Made by a program: the position numbers and the translations under genes. A DNA stretch of 63,453 nt, the filler included, from Lenisia limosa (lineage: Eukaryota; Protista; Breviatea): NCBI GenBank assembly GCA_001655205.1. It is 18 parts of 18 records of this genome, joined end to end, with 100 filler letters (N's around TTAATTAATTAA, not from the genome) between each part and the next. Parts side by side here need not be neighbours in the genome. Positions count along the whole stretch, not along the records: positions 37,784 to 39,552 come from LPNZ01009829.1; positions 39,653 to 41,442 come from LPNZ01005343.1; positions 41,543 to 43,334 come from LPNZ01008301.1; positions 43,435 to 47,574 come from LPNZ01010306.1; positions 47,675 to 53,719 come from LPNZ01006421.1; 13 more parts are not named here. One strand, given 5' to 3'. Every line of letters starts with the position of its first letter. The stretch's first letter is position 1. The notes beneath the pieces are model-generated. The model had not been told where the DNA came from and made no database searches. It saw only the letters and a program-made list of their open reading frames with translations. Shown one piece after another: positions 37,784 to 49,747 of this stretch.

Positions 37784-38720
37784 GTCCACAGGCGTTATGC
37801 GAAGATCGATACGGGATACCCAGGTCTGAAAAGACGGCTTCAACCCTCTTGATAATCTGGGATATAAAAGGCCATGCAGTGCAACGCCAAAACAAGACAG
37901 CAAGAACATAACCAGTTCAATTAAAAATGAGACGAAAAATCAAGATAGCACCCAGCCACCAACCTTTGTAACTGCTTGGCGGAAGAAAGTCGCATTATGA
38001 CTGCACTATAACAGTTAGAAAAGAACAGCAGTCACAATTATAATATAGAATCCACTTAATAAAAGAAAAAGAAAAAAAAACAAAAAAAAACACTTGCCCA
38101 GGCTTACTTTAACTTCAATATCTTCATTTGAAAGAAATACCTTTTCTAAAAAAAACAATTAAAGCTGGGTGTAGTGAAAAAGCACTTCAATTATCATTGA
38201 AGGGGCTTTATGTTCCAATGTATTGCATGCAAAAAGAAAAGAAAGAAAGAAAGAAAAAAGAAAGCCAAAGTGCAAGCCTTCATCAACAGTCTCAGTCTAA
38301 TNNNNNNNNNNNNNNNNNNNNNNNNNNNNNNNNNNNNNNNNNNNNNNNNNNNNNNNNNNNNNNNNNNNNNNNNNNNNNNNNNNCAGAGGGGTGCACCGTT
38401 CTAAACAAGTGAATCCCAAAAAATGCCAGACAAAAAGAGAGTTCATAACTGCTTCTTAATGGAACCAAAAGCTGCATTACCTACGGAAAAGGTCGTAAAA
38501 CCTGTCCCAGACTTGAGAGGCGAGATTATCCGGAGCAGAAGGGTTGACGGAACAGTTCAATTGGTACCTAAAGGTTTAGTCGGCTATGTATGTAAGTGGT
38601 GACGGTGTCGCAGCCGTAACATTATGAACTTGTGGATTGAAGGCAGCCAAGTTGAATCTCACCTATCCTGTCCGGGCTGATGAGCAAACCGCAACCCCCT
38701 GAACGGGGTAAAAAAAAGGT
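37784..38720 (-). CDS. Hypothetical multi-exon gene, partial
   Basis: ..RFAHQPGQDR | YQLNCSVNPSAPDNLASQVWDRFYDLFRR | IIKRVEAVFQTWVSRIDLR with GT-AG boundaries. Confidence 0.4.
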
Positions 38721-39019
38721 ACACGAGGCCCTCCATCCCAAAATTACATCATAGTTGGGAACATAGCTATTGATTTCGCTGTATGACGTGCATTCGCATA
38801 CAATAAACGTAGAGATGAGAAATAAATACTAGGTAGTATCTGTATATCATATGTATGAATGGGGATACATTAATATTATACTTAATCCACGGCTTTGCCG
38901 GATACAACCTTAACATGATAAAACTACATAATAAATATGGTATGATATTATTAAAACCTTAGAAATTTCATACAAAAGCAGACGTCAATAAGAAATTTGA
39001 TCATGAACTGTTAACAAAT

Positions 39020-39552
39020 GCAGGACCACGATTCTACAGGCGGGCAACAGTTTGGCGGTTGTCAACAGCACCGCCTTTTCAATGGCCCCACCAGAGCATG
39101 TTGCGATGATTGATGTCGGCCTTGGGAGGAGCTCCATTGCGGTTATCCCGCGGAACTTTGCGTCGGTGCACCACAGCGGCAGAGGCAAGTCTTACAACAT
39201 GCTCCAGCCCTCGGATAGTCGGCTCTGTGAGGCTTTGCGGAGGCATATTGCACTTGGTGGCGCCGTGGGGCCGCATGGTCCCAAGTAATTAATTAGTCAC
39301 TCAGTAGAAATTGTTCCATTAGATTCTTGTTGTGATGAACGTAATATTATTTAACTTGTTGGACAGGTTGTGGGAAAGTGCGACCTGCTTCAGTCATTGG
39401 TACGGCGTTGTTGTTAATTTCTCGACTTGCCAAATGTTCCTTCTGGATCCGTATGAGTCTGATGATTTGACTGAAGACCGTCTCAGGGGGCATGTTGATT
39501 CATCGATATAGCTGGAGTGTAGCCGAAATGCCGGCCCCATTATACCACCAAG
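39020..39552 (+). CDS. Possible Ulp1/C48-like cysteine peptidase fragment
   Basis: The second exon reads SHWYGVVVNFSTCQMFLLDPY, resembling the HW...D of C48 peptidases; an in-frame TAG follows and the catalytic Cys motif is not seen. Confidence 0.35.
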
Positions 39553-39982
39553 NNNNNNNNNNNNNNNNNNNNNNNNNNNNNNNNNNNNNNNNNNNNTTAA
39601 TTAATTAANNNNNNNNNNNNNNNNNNNNNNNNNNNNNNNNNNNNNNNNNNNNAAAAAAAAAAGAAGCCCAAATCAACTCTGTTGGCTAATAACACATGAA
39701 CGTTGTGAATAACAAAACAAACAAAGACCAGGCCAGCCGCTTCTGCAGCACCGCATCCCATTGGGGGTAAACGAAGAAAATTTCGATGAAGAATATACAG
39801 TGACTGGGATAAGTCTTGATCACATAGCAAATCGGTCACTATATTGACGAACAGGTGTGCGTAGGTACTCATGACACGACTGACAAAGCTCAATATCGTG
39901 TCAGGAGTTATCACGGTCAGTGCAAGCACTTTATAACTCAAATGGGTCAACGCTTGTTTCCTGCCATACCCCCCTCCCCCCG

Positions 39983-40075
39983 GGCACCTTGTCCTTAGCC
40001 GCCTTCTTAGCTGCCTTGGCTTCTTTGAGTTTCCTCTTCTCCTCACGCTTCTTCTCCTTCTCGGCAAATTCGGGA
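39983..40075 (-). CDS. Isolated Lys/Ala/Glu-rich exon
   Basis: AG|SPEFAEKEKKREEKRKLKEAKAAKKAAKDK|GT. Confidence 0.5.
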
Positions 40076-40459
40076 CTCTGACAAATAAGATGGCGGTAAA
40101 TTGGGGGAAAAAAAGAAGCTCAAACGAGGGTTGAAAAAAACAAAACAAACAAAGCCCTGACCAGTCGCTTTTGCAGCACTGCGTCCTATCACTACAGAGT
40201 TCGCGATATACAAATATGATGGGGGAAGGGGTACTCAAATCNNNNNNNNNNNNNNNNNNNNNNNNNNNNNNNNNNNNNNNNNNNNNNNNNNNNNNNNNNN
40301 NNNNNNNNNNNNNNNNNNNNNNNNNNNNNNNNNNNNNNNNNNNNNNNNNNNNNNNNNNNNNNNNNNNNNNNNNNNNNNNNNNNNNNNGATATGATGAACA
40401 GAGATAACACGAGGGTTCATCCTGAGTGTATCAGAGTATCATTGAGACTACTACACAAA

Positions 40460-40550
40460 TGTGGAAATCTCATGATCATTGAGACCACTAACAAATGTGG
40501 CAATCTCATGACCATTGATACTACTCCACAAATGTGGCAATCTCATGATA
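40460..40550. repeat. ~36-bp tandem repeat, ~2.5 copies
   Basis: CAAATGTGGCAATCTCATGA(T/C)CATTGA..ACTA units. Confidence 0.75.
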
Positions 40551-40719
40551 CTTCCCTTTTTTTTCAAATCATTACCGTCTTAAACACCATCCAACAGATT
40601 AAAAGATTATGATCAAGCTATAGCACATAATATGCATGCCGCATGAGTTGGTGATCATGACAGTAAAATCAAGAGGAATTAAAGTCAACACAAAAGCAAA
40701 GGAGACATAATTTACCAGC

Positions 40720-41042
40720 CCGTTCTTGGTATCATATAAATTGCACGTTTCCACCCACCATTTCGCAAAGAGAGGTAACGATCACCTAAAACTCGTGAGA
40801 GGAGAAAAAGACAAGATTGTTAAACACCTCCAATGCATCACGAAAGGGATTATTATATAGAATACGCCTTAAATTAGGGTCTAACAACGCATCAGACCTT
40901 CAATTCTTCTCTCATTTTTGCAATTGCAGCCTCATCCTTGGACTTCTCAATGGTTTCTGAACATGTTAACACTATTCACGCGGGTATAGCGCATACTGAG
41001 GATCTCATCCCTCTTCTGAAGAAGATCTTCCACTGTTGACAT
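40720..41042 (-). CDS. Small hypothetical coiled-coil protein
   Basis: MSTVEDLLQKRDEIL|KTIEKSKDEAAIAKMREELK| joined across a GTATGC..CAG intron; 3' end unresolved. Confidence 0.4.
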
Positions 41043-41319
41043 TATCGTTTCTGCTTCTAAACTAATAAATACGCTTCTCACTTCCCAGTTATAAATCAAT
41101 GAATCAATACGCACAAAATTACCTGAAACAATGGAAAAAGGAACTTCTTTTAAATATTTCGAAATGATAAATACGCCAATTCACGTTGACGCCAAAAATA
41201 ACGATGTATCCAGAGTTCCTGGGTTAACTAAAATATTTGGATATTTGGATATAGCTTCCTCAACATCAAAGATCAAAGAAACAACACAAATGGATAAGGG
41301 ATAAGGCTACATAAATAAA

Positions 41320-41442
41320 TTAATCGCTCCAGTCATCATCATCATCATCATCGGAGTATTCTGAGTCGGATTCAGAGTCGGCCACAGCAAGACGGATCTG
41401 CATGGTGCGCGTCAGGATGGACGCCACGTCACCGGCAACCTG
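41320..41442 (-). CDS. C-terminal central-acidic region of a SCAR/WAVE-type Arp2/3 activator
   Basis: QVAGDVASILTRTMQIRLAVADSESDSEYSDDDDDDWSD*: amphipathic C helix, acidic tract and penultimate-region Trp; the rest is lost at the scaffold edge. Confidence 0.75.
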   Translation of the reverse strand, partial: QVAGDVASILTRTMQIRLAVADSESDSEYSDDDDDDDWSD

Positions 41443-41559
41443 NNNNNNNNNNNNNNNNNNNNNNNNNNNNNNNNNNNNNNNNNNNNTTAATTAATTAANN
41501 NNNNNNNNNNNNNNNNNNNNNNNNNNNNNNNNNNNNNNNNNNATGTTCACTGAGATTGG

Positions 41560-42400
41560 GGGAACCATGTCACCACCACGTGATTCAGCAGCTTTCACGG
41601 GAGAACTACCACCAATTCCTTGATCAGGGCCAAGGCGAAGTCGCTGCTCGAAGAGGCTGGAGCAGGAAGTTGTTGTTGCTGCTGGGAAGGAGCGGACTCT
41701 GCTCTGCTACCTTCTGGACGCGTTCTGAACCAATGAGAAAACGAAAATTGGTTGGTGAAGCGTGAATTTCATTCATCATTGTATCACTTCTCTTAGAAGC
41801 AGGATAACCTCTTTTCTGATTACATCATCATAAATGTCACATGACCAGAATCAAGAGGATTGTATAAAACACGAATACTCGTAAATATGTCCTAAGAAGC
41901 AAACCTGATCTTTTGGGGATCGGGGTAAACGCATCCAACCCTAGGTCGACGTCGAAACCGTCGTCCTTAGCCTTCTTCTTGTCAAGAGGGGTCTTAACCA
42001 TCCGAAGACGGGAGGTAATGGCCTTGGGGGTGGTGGTAGCTGCACGCTAGTTTGGGTACTGGGCAATAAGTGTATACGTGCCGTGCCGACAATGGGTTAA
42101 GAGGTTTTCTGTAAAAAGGGGGTTTCACTTTAATGCAATTGAACTGAACTTTGAAATAGTCTCTCTAATTCTTTATAGAATCCTGATAGAATCTGGTAGA
42201 ATTTTGATAGAATATGGTCAGCTGACCATTTTATGCATTACCATATTTTGGATCTGATTGTTCTTTGTTTGTGGATGTCATTTTCTCTCCCCTTAGTACG
42301 TAATAAGTAGGAATTGAGACATTGACACCCGAGGTTGTTTGTTCAATATTTGTTGTTCCATATCTCGAATAAAAGCGATGTTAACCACACTTTTGCAGCT
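41560..42400 (-). pseudogene. Decayed paralog of 16960-17300 with a ~340-bp insertion
   Basis: Long stretches of near identity (e.g. GAGACATTGACACCCGAGGTTGTTTGTTCAATATTTGTTGTTCCATATC); SDFALAL peptide shared with the 16.9 kb copy; frameshifts. Confidence 0.6.
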
Positions 42401-45400
42401 AAATCGTGTTTTTAACCTTCTTGTAAACTTTTTTGTCATCCTTCTTGACAACCTTTTTTGTTTCGTCCTTCTCAGCAGAACAACCACAAATCAACGAAGA
42501 AACACAATTTTCAGAAAAATCACAACTCATTGACATGTTTCATCGATTTAGATGATATTGCGCCACTTTCACCGCAGAGTATCGGCAACATGTCTTGAGT
42601 GTTGTCAATAGGCACCCCTAATGATCTGACTTCCTATACGGCCTGTGGGGCTGTCCATCACCAAAACAACCATCTTTAATCTTGTACCCATTCCCTCTAC
42701 CACGGCTCAAGTTCTGTATACACCGACTCGGTGGGGAGGGGGGGAATTGAACTGTAACTTTAGTTTTGCGTGTGTCTGAGGGTGTGTTCTCATACTATGA
42801 TAATATGTTTCATAACGTGGGTGGTCTCATACTATGTTTCATAAAGGGGCGAGGTTATTTGTTATTTCCAATTTATTAGATATCATATATGCCTGGACGG
42901 GTAAACCCGATAAAACCCGATAATTTTTTTTGTTCTTTTGGTTTGAAGATTATACCTGGAACATTTATTAAAACCGATGGCTGAGATTAAAGATCATCAA
43001 AAAACAAATACTTTCAGACACAATAATATATTTGAGTCCAATAATACTCAGAGAAATTCAATAAAATGTCAAGTGGAAAAAAATATTTTTTGGAAAAATA
43101 CAAATGCAATTAAGTTTAAATGTAGTTCCTTAGGGGAACTCTTGGTTTCGAAAGAGGCAGATAAAGAAGGTGATGGAAGGGGTGTATGAAAGACAAAAAA
43201 CAAAAAAAGTTTGGAGATCAGTAAAAAAAAAAATTGTGCCCCCCAAAAATATGAAATTTTTAATGTCCTTTTTTTTTCTTATCCAAGCTCTCTTGAGTAC
43301 TCTGAAGAAGAAGTTTATACATAGTTAAGAACATNNNNNNNNNNNNNNNNNNNNNNNNNNNNNNNNNNNNNNNNNNNNTTAATTAATTAANNNNNNNNNN
43401 NNNNNNNNNNNNNNNNNNNNNNNNNNNNNNNNNNTTGTCAAGTTTGGGGGGGGGGGGATCCTGATGGTAGTGTATTACAAGCTCACGAGATAAAACAAAA
43501 TTATCGATGACTGTCTTGACCGATTTTTAATGGAAAATAATAAAACAAATCGGTAAAGACTTATCCCAGTCACTCTGTGTTGATATGGACGGCTTCGGCG
43601 GATACGACCACTTTCGTCCCATCTCTTCGCTTATCGTATTGCTAACCACCACAGAAGCGAATGTAGCTTTACGCATAGCTGCGAATTTGGTGAGGGGGGG
43701 GGGGGGNNNNNNNNNNNNNNNNNNNNNNNNNNNNNNNNNNNNNNNNNNNNNNNNNNNNNNNNNNNNNNNNNNNNNNNNNNNNNNNNNNNNNNNNNNNNNN
43801 NNNNNNNNNNNNNNNGGAAAACGACAAATCATCAGACACAAAAAAACTAACAGTAAACAGAGGAGAAACAAGAGGAAACAATGATTTGAGCATCGCGGTG
43901 GTGGTGGAAGCAAACAAGAAAATGGGGGTACCTCCGACCTGACAAAGTGCTGTTGACTTTAAAATTTATGAACAAATAATAAAAAAAAAACCAAAATCAA
44001 CTCTGTTGTGGGGTAATACTGGGATATATGTACATCATATGGATGTATGATGGCGTGGGGGGGAGGNNNNNNNNNNGGCACAGGAAGCTGTGTATAGAGT
44101 TTTAAGGCAAATGATTGGGTGATTCATAACTACTCTTAAAAGCGTGATGGTGTGGACTTGGGACAGATACAACTTTGTTTTTTATTTCTCATTGCTATCT
44201 AGTCAAAATCAACTAGATATGAGCCTTAAGGCATTCGTAATTCCATCACATTTCCTTAGCCGCTGAAACGCCCTTTTCATTAGCACTTAGGTTCCACTAT
44301 GACTCTGAATCTCAACAAAGGCGATAGAATCTACAACACCTTCCCTGCCCACATCAGCCACATCATGGTAAGCTAACTATATTAATTGCGAAAACAATGT
44401 TTTTTTTTGGATTTCGCCCACTTTTTTATGTAAGATTGGAAGAAATATGCACGTTTCTGGGTCAACTCCAAGAGAATTGGAAAACATCGATATTTTGTCG
44501 TTTTCTAGTTATTAACTTTTCCTGAAATATTGGTCAAATCGTTAGTTTTCAAGTCTAAAATCACCCATAGAAAGTGCTAAAAGTCTGATATGAATTATTA
44601 ATTCTATTTTAGCCCTCGATTGTTCGCTTGCCAATCTTCTAGCTTCCTACGTGTTTGACAATGTAATGTTTTTGATTTGGGTGGTGGAAGGGGTAGGAAA
44701 TAAAACAGCCCATTAACTTAGCTGGCAAGAAAAACATAGGTTGAAAACAGCTTTAGACTTTCTTTCAAAGTGGGGTGAAAAAAAAGGTGACGGTGACAAT
44801 CCATTCATCAATCTTAAACCGTAATAACTATTTTCCCTCCTTCTCGGAGAGAGTAAGAGAGGACGAAAACGTCCAGACAAAGCTCCCAATGGAGGATTTG
44901 TGACTTTCATGACGTGGACTAAGGAAGTTAGGGTAATGCCAGAAACAGTTGATAGAAACCGTTTTTTTAAAAGAATTTCACAAACCCCTCACCGAATATA
45001 CATGTAATACCCGCCTCTCGCCCAAAGTAATAAATCACACTAACTATTTCCCCAGTGCCGCAGAAATGACTGGCCTGGGCTTTGTTTGTTGGAGTGATGG
45101 GATGCGGTGCTGCGAAAGCGACTGGCCTAGGNNNNNNNNNNNNNNNNNNNNNNNNNNNNNNNNNNNNNNNNNNNNNNNNNNNNNNNNNNNNNNNNNNNNN
45201 NNNNNNNNNNNNNNNNNNNNNNNNNNNNNNNNNNNNNNNNNNNNNNNNNNNNNNNNNNNNNNNNNTAAAAAGTTGGATCATTAACCGCCGAACCCAGAAA
45301 CTAATTCTCAGAGACATAATATTAGTGCAACTAATTGGAAAATCAAAAATTTATTTACACGGAGCCCCTACATAGTACTCTGGCGATTCCAACTTCGAAT

Positions 45401-47199
45401 AATAACTTTTCAAATAATAGGGGCTCCACCCATCAAGTTTTAATAGGTTATCCAGCCCAAAACTCCCAATAAAATCCATTTGGTCAACAACCAGGGCTTC
45501 ACTTCGGTTCGAAAATGGTAAAATATCGATAGTTTTCGAAATTTATGGAGAAATGCAGTCTTTTTGAACCGAAGCGAAACCCCAAACAACCCAAAAGCTA
45601 CTTCAAAGACACACCGTCTGATTGAGAAAGTACTCCGGAGACTCCAACTCGAGAATCAAGGCCCTTGCTTGCTCAGTGTTTGCAGCTTGGGGAGGGGGAG
45701 TAAAATGGGAAAATTTGAAAGAAAAACAGGCTACGGAGGAGGGCAAGCATACCTCTCNNNNNNNNNNNNNNNNNNNNNNNNNNNNNNNNNNNNNNNNNNN
45801 NNNNNNNNNNNNNNNNNNNNNNNNNNNNNNNNNNNNNNNNNNNNNNNNNNNNNNNNNNNNNNNNNNNNNNNNNNNNNNNNNNNNNNNNNNNNNNNNTTCG
45901 AAGAAGAAATAATCAAGATTGAAATCAAAGAAACAATTTTAGTTGGAATTTGGGCTTCACTAAAAAAATGTCTCAATAAATCCTCGAAATCAGATAATCC
46001 TCAAAAACTATCAGTATTTTACCGGTCTTTTTTTGTAACTAATGTGTTCTATATATCATATACTACCTACCCCCACCCCCACTTGCCCAAAATATTATTA
46101 CTCTTCTCACCTCCGATGCTGTTGCGGTCGAAGAAGCGATGAACCTGACGATGATCTCGGGGAACCTCGGGGGGAACTTCGGGGTGACCCTCCTCGGGGG
46201 AGGAGATTCCCGTCTAAATCTGACGGGACTACACGCTTGTGTTTAGGCTCGTGATTTTTCCGCTTCTGATAAAGTCAGCTTGTGGCCTCTTTAGGTATTG
46301 CAACAACGAATATTGAATTATTAAAGTTGGATTGAGATATTCCAAAAACCATTACAACACGATGAAGATCCCCATTATTGCGGAAGGCTTCACTTCGATA
46401 AAAAAACTACTTAATTCTTGATAAATCCTCCAACACTGCCGATATTTTACCGGCCTTTTTGGTACCAAAGTGAAGCCCATAATAAGATTTATCGATGTTG
46501 ATAGGATTCCAACTCATGTAACACATCCCCCAATACAACATCCCCTTCCCACATTAAAGCAGGTCTCCAAACCAGATTTATAACGTAATCAACCGAGCGA
46601 GCCCCAAATCCATGAATTTTGGTCAAAAGTAGTCAAAAGCTGTACTCCAAATCCATGGAAAATCCTTACACTCCGAGGTTTCATTCTGGTTAAGCGGCCT
46701 GCTCAACCCCCTCCCATTCTAAACCCCCCTTACTTTTCTCCTGCTGCTGCCCACAAATACGAATCCACTGAGGTCAACTGGCTCTTCCTAAAACCGTAAA
46801 TATATTATACAACAGCTAAGCACCTTCGCTTACAAAAAATCTTTTATCACTATTTGGTTCATTTTCAACACGTGTGAACTATCATATCACTTTGATACTC
46901 TGATACACTCGGGATGAACCCTCGTGCTATCTTCCTCCATCATTTCGACTCGAAAGTCGGTTATTTGATCATAGCTAGTGGATATAGCTTACATACCAAA
47001 CATGGACTTGAAAGATGTCATACTTTACAGTCATAACAAATTTAAAAGCCCCGACTTTTTTACAACAAAAGAGATGTTTATCGCACTACCACCCACCTGT
47101 TTTTCAGGGACTGGGGCGGGTTGCTGTTGCACCATCTCCACACTTCTAGACGGGTAAGGTGCTCGGTGTCATCAGAAACATTAAAAGCATAGTGTAGGT

Positions 47200-47320
47200 G
47201 ATGATGATGACGATGTTGATAGTTATGGTGATGGTGATGATGGTGATGACGATGATGACGATGATGAGGATGGTGGTAGTGGTGGTGGTGATGATGAGAT
47301 GATGATGGTGGTGGTGGTGG
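47200..47320. repeat. (GAT/GGT)n compound microsatellite
   Basis: Visible trinucleotide low-complexity run. Confidence 0.9.
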
Positions 47321-47779
47321 TCGCGCTACAGCACCTCACAGCATACCTTTCAGATTGATGATGGGATACACTAGGCGCAACGTTATGACGTATGTCTGGG
47401 AGATTATTGTGTGAAAAGGCTGAAAATATACAAAATGATACAAAATGGATGAAAAGAGAGAATACCGCGTAAACATGGCTGGAAAGATACCAAATGACTG
47501 GGTGGTGGAGTCAAATGGAAAAATATATTATCATATTATAAAAAAGCCCAAAAAGTGGGCGCGGGGGCGGTGATNNNNNNNNNNNNNNNNNNNNNNNNNN
47601 NNNNNNNNNNNNNNNNNNTTAATTAATTAANNNNNNNNNNNNNNNNNNNNNNNNNNNNNNNNNNNNNNNNNNNNTATATATATATATATATATATATCTT
47701 TGAACAAATCTGATAAAATATTATGTTTATAGGGTATTCAAAACAAAAAGCGAAGATCATTCTAACAGGGTAAGGGAGA

Positions 47780-49685
47780 AAGGCCTACTCAGCATTATTG
47801 CGTTTGAGAAGATCGTAGCAATTGCCGATTTCAGTATCTGAACGTAGTGTACATGCTGCCTGCACGAAAGTTTCTTCGGTCGACGTAGCACAAGCTNNNN
47901 NNNNNNNNNNNNNNNNNNNNNNNNNNNNNNNNNNNNNNNNNNNNNNNNNNNNNNNNNNNNNNNNNNNNNNNNNNNNNNNNNNNNNNNNNNNNNNNNNNNN
48001 NNNNNNNNNNNNNNNNNNNNNNNNNNNNNNNNNNNNNNNNNNNNNNNNNNNNNNNNNNNNNNNNNNNNGGTTGAATCTATTGTGGACTTTGTATACTGTT
48101 AATTTTAATATATTTGTCGAGGCGAATACTTAAATCTTAACATTTCTGTAGAATCTAACATAGGAAGAGCTCTTGAGAACAAATCAAAAAAATAGTTCAT
48201 AGCCTCGGATGCTGAGAATTCCTAACCCAAACCTACCAGGACAATAAGTGATGTCGTTCTGATCACCAGATCCTTCGTTGAAGTAGTCTGGGTAACACTC
48301 GCGACAAGTGACCCGGTCATGGGTGTATCGATGAAGAGCACTACAGTAGTTGCAGTTGGTGTCCTTAATACGCGTACACGCCGTTAGGACAAATTGCGTG
48401 GTCAGGCACGTCTTGCAAGCTAAAACATCGTTATTTTGAGCTAATTCAATACCAGGCTCTGGAGAGAGGGATGGTTATTTTGTTCCATAAAATATCAATA
48501 TTCTATAGAAATTAAAGCGGGAGTCCAATTAATTGTTGTAACCTAGTTTATACGATTTAGGGCCTGGGGTGGACAGTTTTAGGCAACAATTTTCTTCTTT
48601 TTTTTCTTTCTTGAAAATCTGGATCAAAGTGTCCTGACGTGGTGACAAGCCTCTTGATTAATAAAAGTAAGTATTTTAAGACAATTTTACAGAAACAGAC
48701 TTAAGAGGCACTAAATCTGGAGCTTTGATAGGATCACCAAAATTTTTCCTCTTGAAGTCTATCGCCCAGGCTCTTTAATCTTAAAATGCTTATCAGGGAT
48801 AAATAAATGAAACATGGACCTCAATGTGAGCCCAACAGTTGGATGGCTCCTCTCTCTTCCCCTCTGCTTCTCTTCTAATGTTTAACAACAGCTTTGACGA
48901 TGTAACATTAATTGGACTCCCGCTTCAATCGAATTCCTTTATGGAAACAAAGTGAAGCCCAGAGCAGCTTGTATACCCCAGCATTCCACTATACCCCCCC
49001 CCCCAGCNNNNNNNNNNNNNNNNNNNNNNNNNNNNNNNNNNNNNNNNNNNNNNNNNNNNNNNNNNNNNNNNNNNNNNNNNNNNNNNNNNNNNNNNNNNNN
49101 NNNGTGACATGGAAGTAGCCCGACAAGCACTTGCCACACGTGACCCCGTCATGACCCTCTCGGTGAAAGTCCGAGCACGGCGAGCACACATTATCGGATA
49201 CGGTGCTGCACGAAGATTTGGTGTAGTGCGAGGACGGACAGTAAGGTGACGCGCATGCTGTTGCGTAAACGTAATGGCTTAAGAGAATAGAGCACTACTC
49301 ATATTATACTATGTGGGTTCATAAAACTCACCAACCTTTGCATTCAGTTATTACGCCTTCAGTATCTCCATCGTCTTGCCGAAAAAAGGAATTAAGACAA
49401 ATCCCGCACGTGACCTTGATAATGACGATGATAAAATGACAATAATAATTATGATTGTTCTTGTGTTGGTTGTGGTGATGATATAATTATGATATTTCTT
49501 GTGTTGGTTGTGGTGATGATATAATTATGATGATGATGATGATGATGACAACAATGGTGATTGTGGTGATGATGATGGTGATGATGATGATGATGGTGAT
49601 TGTGGTGATGATGATGATGGTGATGATGGTGATGACTATGATGAAGATGATCATGATGACGATGGTGATGATGGTAATGATGATC

Positions 49686-49747
<62 letters not shown>

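Noticed and set aside
39597-40238. 213-aa ORF
   Set aside because: It runs through family C repeats, an intron and N bases and ends in the linker (LIN*); only the 39983-40075 exon looks real, in another frame.
47100-47330. Poly-His protein on the minus strand
   Set aside because: It derives from a triplet microsatellite, has an upstream in-frame TGA, and would need an implausible 21-nt intron.
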